Shown piece by piece: positions 28,324-40,817 of a stretch of 64,000 nt of DNA. Numbering within the stretch: the first letter of the stretch is position 1; every line of letters starts with the position of its first letter. The DNA comes from the human T2T-CHM13v2.0 reference genome, Homo sapiens. The position numbers and the translations under genes were made by a program. Where the stretch lies: assembly GCF_009914755.1 (NCBI RefSeq), contig NC_060947.1; one strand, given 5' to 3'. The notes beneath the pieces were generated by a model that saw nothing but the letters and a program-made list of their open reading frames with translations, made no database searches and was not told the origin of the DNA.

Positions 28324-28966
28324 TAGAACTCACTAGTGAATCTATCTTGGCCTGGTGCTTTCTCTTTCGTGAGGCTATTAATTTTTATTTCAATTTATTT
28401 AATAAATATTGGGCTAGTCATGTGATCTATTTCTTCTGGTATGAGTTTAGGGAGTTTGTGTCTTCCAATGGATAAGCATATTTTACCAAAGTTCTCAAAC
28501 ACACAGAGTTGTCATAATTTTCCCTTGACATCATTTTAATGCCCATGAGATCAGTAGTGATGACCTCTCCTTAATTTCTAATATTGATAATTATATCTTT
28601 TTTTTCTTGGTGAGGCTAGCTAGTGTATCAGTTACATTCATCTTTTCAAATAACTATTTTTTTGTTGCACTGATTTTTTCTATTGTTCCTACTTTCAATG
28701 TTATTGAGTTCCTCTCTAATTTTTATTTCTTTTCTTCTGTTTGCTTCAGACTTAAACTGCTTTTCTTTAGATTCCTAAGGTGAAAGTTGAGATTACTTAT
28801 TTAGATGTATCTTCCTTTGTAGTACATGCATTTCAGTGCTATAAATTTCCCTTTATCCAATGTATCTGCTGAATCCCACAAGTTTGGATAAGTTGTATTT
28901 TCATATTCATTTAGTTTGATTTTTTAAAAAAACTTGAGATTTCCTCTTTCATCTACGTATTATTTA

Positions 28967-29716
28967 TTTATTTTTTACTTTTATTTATTTATTTTATTTT
29001 ATTATTATTATACTTTAAGTTTTAGGCTACATGTGCACAATGTGCAGGTTAGTTACATATGTATACATGTGCCATGCTGGTGTGCTGCACCCATTAACTC
29101 GTCATTTAGCATTAGGTATATCTCCTAATGCTATCCCTCCCCCCTCCCCTGACCCCACAACAGTCCCCAGAGTGTGATGTTCCCCTTCCTGTGTCCATGT
29201 GTTCTCATTGTTCAATTCCCACCTATGAGTGAGAACATGCGGTGTTTAGTTTTTTGTCCTTGAGATAGTTTACTGAGAATGATGATTTCCAATTTCATCC
29301 ATGTCCCTACAAAGGACATGAACTCATCATTTTTTATGGCTGCATAGTATTCCATGATGTCTATGTGCCACATTTTCTTAATCCAGTCTATCATTGTTGG
29401 ACATTTGGGTTGGTTCCAAGTCTTTGCTATTGTGAATAGTGCCGCAATAAACATACGTGTGCATGTGTCTTTATAGCATCATGATTTATAGTCCTTTGGG
29501 TATATACCCAGTAATGGGATGGCTGGGTCAAATGGTATTTCTAGTTCTAGATCCCTGAGGAATCGCCACACCGACTTTCACAATGGTTGAACTAGTTTAC
29601 AGTCCCACCAACAGTGTAAAAGTGTTCCTATTTCTCCACATCCTCTCCAGCACCTGTTGTTTCCTGACTTTTTAATGATTGCCATTCTAACTGGTGTGAG
29701 ATGGTATCTCGTTGTG
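28967..29716 (-). mobile_element. L1PA3-like, 5'-truncated (~750 bp), with TSD
   Basis: Near-consensus 3'UTR; ORF2 C-terminus MFIAALFTIAKTWNQPKCPTMIDWIKKMWHI...SLIGGN; TSD gtattattta at 28957-28966 and 29717-29726. Confidence 0.96.
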
Positions 29717-29861
29717 GTATTATTTAAAAGTGTGTTGTTTAATCTGAGTATTTTAAAAAATTTTTTTAGATATCTATATTGGTTTCTATTTTAATTTCAT
29801 TGTGTTTTGTGCACATACTTTGTATAATTTATATTACTTTAAATCTGTAAAGGGGTGTTTT

Positions 29862-30223
29862 ATGGCTATGAAATAAATTTTTGTGTTGCCCCAAAATTCA
29901 TATGTTAAAGCCTATCCCCTAATATGAGGGTATTTGGAGATGAAGACTTTGGTGATTAATTAGGATTAGAGTTACATTAAGTCATTAGGATGAGGCTCTC
30001 ATGATGAGGGTAATGTCTTTACAATAACAGAAAGAGACTTCACCATCTGATGATAAGCAAGAAGGGGTCTATCTTTAAACCAAGAAGAAGGCTATCTTCA
30101 GGAATAGAATTGGCCAACACTTTGATTTTGGACTTCCCAAGCTTCAGAACTGTGAAAAATAAGTTTGTGTTTAAGCCACCGAGTTTACGGTATTTTGTTA
30201 GAGCAGCCTGAGCTGACTAAGAG
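29862..30223 (+). mobile_element. MLT1A-like solo LTR
   Basis: 'ccccaaaattcatatgttaaagcc...gcagcctgagctgactaaga'. Confidence 0.85.
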
Positions 30224-30716
30224 AGTGGTCTACAATGTGCTCCAGCTTGGTGGACATTCTGTGTGACTTCAGAAGAACGTGTATTCAACTGATGCTGAAT
30301 GGAGTATTTCATATTCCATATAAATGTCAATCAGATCAAGTTGAGTGCTAGTGCTGTATAGGTCATCTAACTATATACTTAGATTTTTGCCTGATTGATC
30401 TATAAATTATTGACAGTGGATTCTAAAGTTTCCAAATATAATAGTAGTTAGAATGCAAATGTGTTTATCTCTTAGAAAATTAATGCCTATATTACCAAGT
30501 AATGCCTGTCTTTACCTTGACAATTTTTTTAAATATTATTTGTGTGAAATGTATATAGCTACTCACGTTTTATTTTGATTAGGGTTCAAATGGTGTAGCT
30601 TAATTCATTCCTTTATTTTTCAACTATCCTTCCATGTCTTTGTATTTAACATTGGTTTATTGTAGGAAGCATATAATTTAATCATTTTTTATCCATTCTG
30701 ACAATCTCTGCCTTTT

Positions 30717-33700
30717 TTTAAGTTCAGAAATAAATGCAGTTTTTTTATATAAGTAAATTGCATGTCACGGGGGTTTGGAGTAAAGATTATTTCATTACCC
30801 AGGTAATAAGTATAGTACCTGACAGGTTGTTTTGTATCATTTCCTTTCTCCCACACTCCACCCTCAAGTAGGCATCGATGTCTGTTTTTCCCCTCTTGGT
30901 GTCCACGTGTTCTTGTTGTTTAGCTCCCACTTATAATGGAGAACATGCAGTATTCAGTTTTCTGTTCCTGTGTTAACTTGCGTAGGATAATGGCCTCCAG
31001 TTTCATCCATGTTGCTGCAAAGAATGTGATTTCATTCTCTTTTAGGGTTGCATAGAATTCCATTATGTATATGTGTCACCTTTTTTACCCACTCTACCAT
31101 GGATGGGCATTTATTCTGATTCCATGTATTTGCTATTACGCACAATGCTTCAAAAAAAACTGTGTCTATGTCTTAATAGCACAATGATTTATATTCCTTT
31201 GGGTATTATACCCAATAATAAGATTGCTGGGTAAAATGTTAAGTGTCTTTTAAGTTGTTTCACGAATCACCACACTGCATTCCCAATGGCTAAACTCATT
31301 TACATATCCACCAGCAATGTATAAGCTGTTCCCTTTTCTTCACCACCTTGCCGTCATCTGTTATTTCTAGGCTCTTTAATAATAGCCATTCTGACTGGTG
31401 TGAGATGGTGTCTTATTGTGGGTTTGATTTCTATTTCTCTAATGATTAATGACATTAAGGATTTTTTCATATGCTTGTTGGCTGCATGTATGTCTTCTTT
31501 CAAAAAGCGTCTGTTCATGCCATTTGCACACTGTTTAATGGGGTTATTCGTTTTTGTTTATTGCTGGTAAATTTAAGTTTCTGATAGTTTCTCGATGTTA
31601 GACCTTTGTCAGATGCATAGTTTGCAAACATTTTCTCTCATTCTGTACAAAGTCTGTTTGAGCTATTCATAGTTCATTTTGCAGTGCAAAAGCTCTTTAG
31701 ATGATTAGGTCCCATTTTGCAATTTTCTTTTTTGTTAAAATTGCTTTTTTGGCATCTTTGTCATGAAATCTTTGCCAGGTCCTATGTCCAGAAGGGTATT
31801 TCCTAGATTATCTTCCAGGGTTTTTAATAGTTTTAGGTTTTGCATTTAAGTAATTAATCCATCTTGAATTGACTTTTGTATGTGGTGTAGGAAAGGGGTC
31901 CAAATTCAATCTTTCGCATAAGGTTAGCCAGTTATCCTAGCACTATTTATGGAATTGGGAGACCTTTCCCCATTGCTTGTTTGTTGCTTTGTCAATGGTT
32001 CAATGGTCATAGGCATGACATAGGCATGTTCCACTATTTCTCGGCTCTCTATTTTGTTCTATTGGTCTGTGTGTCTGTTTCTGTACCAGTAGCATTCTCT
32101 TTTGGTTACTGTAGCCCTGCAGTGTACTTTAAAGTCACATAATGTGATTCCTCCAGCTTTCTTCTTTTTCCTTAGGATTGCCTTGGCGTTTCAGGCTCTT
32201 ATTTGATTCCATATGAATTTTTAAAGACTTTTTCTAATTTTGTGAAGAATGTCTTTGGTAGTTCGAAAGAAATAGCTTGAACCTGTAAATTGTTTTGGGA
32301 AGTATGGCCATTTTAACAATATTGATTCTTTGTATTCATCATCATGGAATGTTCTTCCATTTTTTTGTATCATCTCTGGTTTTTTGAGCAGTGTTTTATA
32401 GTTCTTGTAGAGATCTTTCACCTCCCTGGTTAGCTGTATTCCTGTGTATTTTATTTTTACTGTAGCTAGTGTAAATTGAATTGCATTCCTGATTTGGCTC
32501 CTGGCTTGGCTATTGGTGCATAGGGATGTTGGTGTTTGTGTATGTTGATTTTGTATTCTAAAATATTGCTGAAGTTGTTTATCACCTGAAGGAGCTCTCA
32601 GGCTGAGACTATGAGGTTTCCTAAGTATACAGTTATGTCTTCTGAAAACAGGGATAGTTTGACTTCCTCTCTTCCTGCTTGGATGCTTTTTATTTCTTTC
32701 TCTTGCCTGATTGCTCTGGACCGGACATCCAATACTGTGTTGAATAGAAATGGTGGGAGACAGCAGCCCTTTCTTGTACCAGTTTTCAAGGGGAATGCTT
32801 TTGGCTTTTGCCAATTCAGCATGATGTTGACTGTGGGTTTTCATAAACGGCTCTTGTTATTTTGAAGTATGTTCCTTCAATGCCTACTTTATTGAGGATT
32901 TTTAATATAAAAGAATGTTGAATTTTATCAAAAGCCCTTATGCATCTATTAAGATGGTCATATGGTTTTTGTTTTTAGTTTTCTTCATGTTGAATCACAT
33001 TTATTGATTCGTGTATGTTTAACCAAACTTGCATCTCAGTGATAAAGCCTGCTTGATTGTGGTGGATAAGCTTTTTGACGTGCTGCTGGATTCAGTTTGC
33101 CAGCGTTTTGTTGAATATATTTGCATGTATCTTCATCAAGGGGATTAGCCTGAAGTTGTCTCTTTTCTTGTGCTTCTGCCGAGTTTTAGTATCAGACTAA
33201 TGCTGGCCCCATAGAATGAGCTCATGAGGAGTCTTGTCTCCTTAATTCTTTGGAATATTTTCGGTAAGAATGGTATCAGCTCTTCTTTATACATCTGGTA
33301 GAATTTACTTTGAACTAATTTCTCCTAGGCTTTTTTATTGTTGTTCATTTCTTTTTATTACAGATTCAATTTCAGAACTTGTTATTGTTATGTTCATGAT
33401 TGAATTTCTTTCTGGTTCAGTCTTGGGAGATTCCATGCATCCAGGAATGTATCTATTTCTTCTAGATTTTCTAGTTTGTGTGTATAGAGGTGTTTAGTCT
33501 CTGAGAGTTTTCTGTATTTCTGTGAGGTCAGTGGTAATGTCCCCTTTATCACTTCTGGTTGTCTTTACATGGATATTCTCTCCTTTTTTCTTTGTTAGTC
33601 TAGCTAGCAGTTTCTCTATCTTATTAATTTTCTTCAAAAATCCAAACCCTGTATTTCTTGACCTTTGGCATGGTTTTTCTCATCTCAGTTTTCTTCATCT

Positions 33701-36549
33701 CAGCTCTGTTTTTTTGTTATTTCTTTTTTTCTTCTAGCTTTGGGGTTCATTTGGTCTTGGTCCTCTAGCTCCTGTAGTTGTGATGTTAGGTTTATAACTT
33801 AAGACCTTTGTAACATTTTGATGTGGGTGATTAGTTATATAAACCTCCCTCTTAACACTGCTTTAGCCACATCCCAAAGATTCTGGTCTCTTGCTTCTTT
33901 CTCATTAGTTTCTAATAATTTCTTGACTTCTGCCTTAATCGTATTATTACAAAAGTCATTCAGGAACAGGTTGTTTGATTTCTATGTAATTGCATGGTTT
34001 TGAGAGATTTTCATAGCATTGCTTTCCACTTGTATTGCACTGTGGTCTAAGAGTGTCCTTGGTATGATTTTGTTTTTTGGGTTTTTTGTTGTTGTTGTTG
34101 TTGTTGCTGCTCTTTTACTTTGCTTAGAATTGTTCTGTATGACTGTGTGGTTGAGTTTAGAGTACGTGCCATGTGTTAATGAGAGGAATGTATGTTATTT
34201 TTGGGGGGATGGAGAATTCTGTAGATGTATATTAGGTCCATTTACTTAAGTGATGAGTTCAGTTCCTAAATATCTTTAATTTTCTTCCTTAATGATCTGT
34301 ATAATTCTGTCAATGAGATGTTGAAGTCTTTTACTTTTATTTTGTGGAATTTCAAGTCTCTTCATAGGTCTCTAAGAACTTGCTTTATGAATCTAGGTGC
34401 TCGTATGTTGAGTTTGCATATATTTCGTATAGTCAGTTAGATCTTCATGGTAAATTGAATCCTTTACCATTATGTAATTCCCTTCTTTGTGTTTTTGATA
34501 TTTGTTGGTTTAAAGTCTGTTTTGCCTAAAATTAGAATACAAACTCTTGTTTTTGTCTGTTTTGTGTTTGGCAGATTTTTCTTCATCCCTTTTTTTGTGA
34601 ACCTATGGGTGTCATTGCATGTGAGCTGGGTATCTTGAAGACAGCAAACAAATAGGTCTTGCTTCTTTATCAAATTTGCCACACTCCCTTTTAATTGGGA
34701 CATTTATCCTGTTTAAATTCATAGCTAATATTGATATATGTGGATTTGACCCTGTCATTGTGTTGTTAGCTGGTTATTATTCAGTCTCATTTGTGTAGCT
34801 GCTTCAAAGTGTCACCGGTCTACATATTTAAGTGTATTTTTGTAGTGGCTGGTAACGATCTTTCCTTTCTACATTTAGCACTCCTTTCAAGACCTCTCGT
34901 AAGGCAGGTCTGGTGGTAATGAATTCCCTCAGCTTGTCTGAAAAAAAAGGCCTTATTTCCTCTTCACTTATGAAGCTTAGCTTGACTGGATATAAAATTC
35001 TTGGTTGGAAATTATTTTCTTTAATAATAATCAATACCTTCTGGCTTGCAGGTTTTCTGCTGAAAAGTCTGCTGTTAGCCTAATGGGGTTCCCTTTGTAG
35101 GTGACCTGCCCTTTCTCTCTAGCTGCCTTCAATAATTTTTCTTTAATTTTTACTTTGAACAATCTAATGACTACGTGTCTTGGGAATGGTCATATTGCAT
35201 AGTATCTCACAGGGGTCCTCTGCATTTCCAGAATTTGAATGTTGACCTCTCTAGGGAGGTTGGGGAATTTCTCATGGGTGAGATCCTAAAATATGTTTTC
35301 AAGTTGCTTGCTTTCTTCCCATCTTTTTCAGGGAAACAAATGAGTCATACATTTGATCTCTTCACATAATCCCATATTTCTCAGAGGTTTGGTTAGTTTT
35401 TAAAGTCTTTTTCTCTTTTTTTTGGTCTGACTGAGTTAGTTCAGAGAACCAGTCTTTGAGCTCTGAGAGTCTTTCCTCTCCACCTATTCTGCTATTAATA
35501 TTTGCAATTGCATTATGAATCTCTTGTAGTGTGTTTTTCAGCTCTCTCAGATCAGCTTGGTTCTTTCTGATAATGGCCATTTTATATCTCAGCTCCTGTA
35601 TCACTTTATTATAATCTTTAGATTTCTTGAATTGGGGTTTGGCTTTCTCCTGAATGCCAATAATCTTTATTCCTATCCATATTCTGAATTATATTTCTGT
35701 CATTTCAGCCATTTCAGACTAGATAAGAAGCCCTACTGAGAAACTAGTGTGGTTGTTAGGCAGAAAGAAGACACTCTGGCTTTTTGATTTTTAGACTTCT
35801 TATGCTGGTTCTTTCTCATCTGTGTGGACTGATGTTCCTTTAACTGTGGTGTAATTTGAGTACAGCCAGTAGACTTCTTTTCTTGATGTTTTCAGCAGGC
35901 TGAGGCTTTCTGCAGGGTCTTTATTACTGGCTAAAGTTTTGTTTTTTGGTTTCACAGGGGGTTATATTAGCAAAGTACTTCTGGAATTGAAGTTTAGGCT
36001 GTGATCTACTAGATGGTAATTAAGTGTAATGGCCAGTAGGTAGGTTCTTGCTCAGTCATGTGGCTCTTCTGTATTTCCTCACGGTTGTAGCCATGCTTCC
36101 TCTCAGTGCTCTGAAAGTATAGGCTCCTCTCCCACTTGAATGCTGGCTTCAAATCTTGGCTTGGAATTCCTAGGCTACACACTCCAGCTCTGGGACTAGC
36201 TGAGGCTTTTTGTTGCCTCCCCCATTTGGAGGCAGCAGTGGAAGAGACCTTAGGACTGGTTGGGCAGAGGGCCTTTCACTTGTCTCTTGAGGCTCTACCT
36301 CAGAGAAATACAGCACTGCTATCAGTCAGTGCAATTATCCAGGATTGGGCAGCTGTGATGTAGTTCTAAGCCGGGGAGACTCTGCCTTGTAATAATCTGA
36401 GGGAGCAGGTGGGTCATGGGGGAGACACACTGGCCTCTTCTCCTTAGGGCATCTGCAGCTTGCCGGAAGTGTGGCTAAAGCACTCAGGGTCTTTGCTCCT
36501 TTCGTAGTTTGCAGAAGCAAAGGCAATACCACAGCAATGGCAATGGCAG
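30717..36549 (-). mobile_element. Near full-length L1PA15/16-like (~5.8 kb), decayed, with TSD
   Basis: 3'UTR, ORF2 (RT motif decayed to LFSEDI), ORF1 and partial 5'UTR in order; 14-bp TSD aatctctgcctttt at 30703-30716 and 36550-36563. Confidence 0.93.
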
Positions 36550-37724
36550 AATCTCTGCCTTTTAATTAGTGTATTAGGACTATCATATTGAAGTCATTAT
36601 TGATATATTTGAATTTATCAGTCATGTTTGTAACACCTTTTTTATTGCCGGAGAGTTTTTCTCCTTTTCTTTCTTTTTTTGTAAGATTATATCACTTTCT
36701 TTAGCAAGTCAATTATACATCTTTAAAATGTTAATAGTTGTTCCAGGGTTTAAAGTATACATTTTTAACTAATCTAATTCGATTTTCAAATAACATTAAA
36801 CTGACTTATGTAGGCTAGGAACTTATAACTTCCATTATGAAGCTGCTGTAACTTATTTATTCACATGCAATAATCACCCAATACATCTCACAGTTATTAC
36901 TTCAAACAATTGTCTTATAATCAATTAAAACAATAAAATATTTTATATTTATATATGTCTTCTCCGATACTCTTTATTTCTTTATGTAGATCCAAGTTTC
37001 TGTCTTATAATATTCTTGTTTTGCCTGTAGAAAATCTCTTAAGATTGCTTGCAGGGTAGTTCTGCTGGCAATTTTCTCAATTTTTGTTTGTCTGAAAAAT
37101 GTCTTTATTTTCCTTCATTTTTGAAGAGTAATTTCATTAGATATAGAATTCTAGACTGGTATTTTTTTCAACATTTTAAATATTTTACTTCATCTGCAAT
37201 TTATGTTTTCTGATGATAATTTTGTTAGAATTTTGATATATTTTCCTGTCTAGGTGTTTTGTTCTCTCTCTCTCTCTCTCTGGTTGTCTTTCTGGCTCTC
37301 TCTCTCCCCCTTCCTCCATGCCTTCTTCCATCCCTTTCTCTCTACCTTCTTTTAAGAATTTCTTATTTTTTATAGCTTAAAAATCACAACCCTAAGTGTA
37401 AATTGTTAGGCTATTTATTCTGGTTAGTGTTCTCTGAGTTTTATGGATTTGTAGTTTTGTACCATAATTAATTTTGGAAAGTACTCAGTCCTTATTAATT
37501 CTGCTTTGGTTTGTTTTTCCTTTCAAGATTTCAATTATATGTATGTTATAACATTTAAAAATGTCCCAAAGTTCTTGGATTTTCTATTCTGCACTTTTTT
37601 GAACATTTTTCCTTTATTTGCAAGTTTCTGTTTCAGCATCAAAATTGAATGTTTCTCTTGATGCATCCTCAAGTTCACTTTTTTTTTTTGGCTGTACTGA
37701 TAAGCTCATCAAAAATGTTTTTCA

Positions 37725-38021
37725 TTTTTTTTTCTTTTTGAGATGGAGTCTCACTGTGTAACCCAGGCTGGAGTGCAGTGGTACAATCTCGGCTGACTGC
37801 AAACTCCGCCTCCCAGGTTCAAGCGATTCTCCTGCCTCAGCCTCCTGAGTTGTTGGGATTACAGTCACCCGCCACCACGCCTGCCTAATTTTTGTATTTT
37901 CAGCAGAGACAGGGTTTTACCATGTTGACTAGGCTGGTCTCAAACCCCTGACCTCAGGTGATCTGCCCACCTCGGCTTCCCAAAGTGCTGGGATTACAGG
38001 CATGAGCCACCGTGCCCAGCC
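37725..38021 (-). mobile_element. AluSx-like
   Basis: Antisense full dimer. Confidence 0.97.
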
Positions 38022-39195
38022 TGTTTTTTTTTTTTTTTTTTTCCATTTCTAACATTTTATTTTCTAAAGGTTGTGATTACATTATAGCTAACATTTTATA
38101 ACATTTTATTTTGGTCTATTTTAGGATTTCTTTTTGCTTATATTACCTATATGTGCTTGCATTTTTTCTTATTTTTTCATTACAGTTCTTAAAACGTATA
38201 TCAGAGTTATTTTTAATGATCTTTCTGATAATTTTACCATCAGTGTCATATATGAGTCTGATATTGATGCTTTCTTACTTTCTTCAGAATGTACTTTTTC
38301 TTGCCTTTCAGCATGCTTTGTAACTTTTTTGGTTGAAAGCTGGCCATGAAATTTCAGGTAAAGGGAACTGAGATAGATAAGCTGATAATGTGATATTGTA
38401 TGTTAATCTAACTAGATGTTAAAGTTTCCTATACATGTAGGTGCCAGAGGCTTCAAATTTTTCCAATGGCATTTTTTCTTTCATCTTATTTGTTGTCTTT
38501 GGCTTTCTTAAAAATTCTTTCTCACAGAGATTCTGTGTTTTGCTACTCTTTCTGTTTCAATCTACTATTAAAGCTCTGTTGGTGTAGTGGTAAGGTATGG
38601 GGGTGGGAAAGCATTTCATTTATTATATGATTAAATCTCAATCTTTTAGTGGGCTATGACATTCAAAAATGTTATTTTAGAGTTTTCTACTATTAAGTAA
38701 TACAGGATGCTGACTGGAGGGAAGGGGTGTAGCATGGGAAAATTTTCCTCCCCCAGTATGATAAGAATCTTTTCCCTTGCAGAGGAGGATTCTGTTGTAG
38801 AGAATGCCCTGAGCATTTCAGAATTTCTGAGTATTTCAGAATTACTGTTCTTTCTCTCCTCTGCAAGAGCCAGAAGGGACTCTTTCTCAGATATTTACCA
38901 TGTGAACCTGGTGAAATTCTAAGAGGTGAAGCCCTATAAAATGTGGGGAACCCCTAAGAGTGTGGCCCCCAGCAGTATCTCACTGTCATACTACTCCACA
39001 TTCAGCCCCCAGAAATTCATAATAATTATCATTTAAGTGTTTCTAACAGTTTATAGCTCCAGCAACTTTCTTGAGGTAAGTTTATCTTAGCTGTAACTCT
39101 ATGGATTCACCTATCACTCCAGATTTTGGTGTAGAAGTTTGCCCTACAAGCTGTTATCTGATGGGTACAAGATAACTTATTTTCAGTTTGTTCAG

Positions 39196-39559
39196 TGTAT
39201 TAGTCTGTTCTCACACTGCTAACAAAACCATACCCAAGACTGGGTAATTTATAAAGGAAAGAGGTTTAATTGACTCACAGTTCAGCATGGCTAGGGAGGC
39301 CTCACAATCATGGCAGAAGGCAAAGGAAAAGCAAAGTCACGTCTTACATGGCGGCAGGCAAGAGAGTGTGTGCAGGGGGACTCCCTTGTATAAAACCATC
39401 AGATCTCATGAGACTTAGTCACCATCATGAGAACAGCAAGGAAAAAATCTGCCCCCATGATTCAATTACCTCCCACTGGGTGCCTCCTACCACATGTGGG
39501 AATTATGGGAGCTACAATTCAAGATGAATTTTGGGTGGGGACACAGCCAAACCATATCA
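39196..39559 (-). mobile_element. THE1B/C-like solo LTR with perfect TSD
   Basis: 'tgtattagtctgttctcac...cagccaaaccatatca'; TSD ttcag at 39191-39195 and 39560-39564. Confidence 0.96.
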
Positions 39560-40179
39560 TTCAGGTTTTTTTGCTCTTACAAGGATGAAAGTAGTGATGG
39601 TTTTCATTGTCCTTATTTGTAGGAACGATTAATAGAACCAGACGTCCCATGTTTGACCTTATGTATGTATCTATAATATCTGGCAAAGTGTCTTATGTAT
39701 ATAAGTTGATTAGTAAAAGTTACTGATTGAACTCTTAACCTGTTGGGAAGGAATATGGGCTATATAGTCAGCAGTACAGAAACAGGGTCACAATATGCTT
39801 ACATTTTTAACAGCCTTAATGCTGAATCATTCACCCTAATATTTTCAACTAAATTTCACTGTTCCAGGTAATAATGGTTTCTGATTATGTCCTTTACTAT
39901 TTTCTTTACAACTTTAACTCAAACCTAGAGTCTAACTCCCTACAATGCTGAGCTAATGTTGACCTTTCTTCTTTCCTTAAACATCATTGAAATTTTCTTG
40001 CTTGCTACAGTATCTTAGATACTTTTTGTACCCATTCACTAACCTCTACAAGCCTCAATCAATATTCTAACCAAAAAAAAGATAAGATTGCTGAGAGCCT
40101 GACTCTACAAATAGCTCTTCTAGGTAATATTAGGTAATATTTACTTACTTATTAATATTTCATCTTTTCAAGTGTAACT

Positions 40180-40817
40180 ATAACATTTACTAAGATACAT
40201 AATATCATGTATCATTTAAAAGTCACAATACATATATAAGGTTTAGGTCATATGAAGTATTTTCTCAGACCAGTATGGATTTAAAATAGAAATCAATAAC
40301 AGATTTATATGGAAAATCTCCAGATGTTTAGAAATAAAGTACACAACTTTGAATAATACATAAGCCAATGAATAAATCATAAAAGTAAGTAGAAACTATT
40401 TTGAACTAAATAAAATGAAAATACAAATTATTAAATTCGATTGGGTACAGCTGAAACAGTGCTTAAAGGAAAATTTGTGGCAATAAACACTCTTATTAGT
40501 AAAGAAGAAAGGTTTCATATTGATGTAACTCAGCTATCACCTTAATATGCATAAAAATAAAAGCAAATTGAATCCAACATAAGCAAAAGAAAGGAAACAA
40601 AAAACATAAGAGCAGAAATTAATGAGATACAAAATAGAAAAACAATAAAGGAAAATCAATAAAATCCAAAGCCGATTCTTTAGGGAGATGAATCATATTG
40701 TTCAGAAAAATAAATTAGGAGAGAGAGACAGAGAGAGAGAAAGAGTAAATTACCAATGTCAGGAATAAGAGAAGGGATATAATTATATAATGGTACAGAC
40801 ATTAAAAGTATAATTAT
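40180..40817 (+). mobile_element. Old L1ME-type ORF2 fragment (left part)
   Basis: 'gggtacagctgaaacagtgcttaaaggaaaatttgtggcaataaac'. Confidence 0.75.

Larger units (their letters stand above)
26985..39190 (-). mobile_element. Old L1M-type element (ORF2 to 5' region) fragmented by younger insertions
   Basis: Diverged antisense L1 sequence resumes in register on both sides of each insert (e.g. around 28957/29726 and 30703/36563); the 5' boundary is uncertain. Confidence 0.7.

Noticed and set aside
32221-32844. Longest ORF in the window (207 aa, minus)
   Set aside because: Frameshifted L1 ORF2 remnant with a decayed RT motif.
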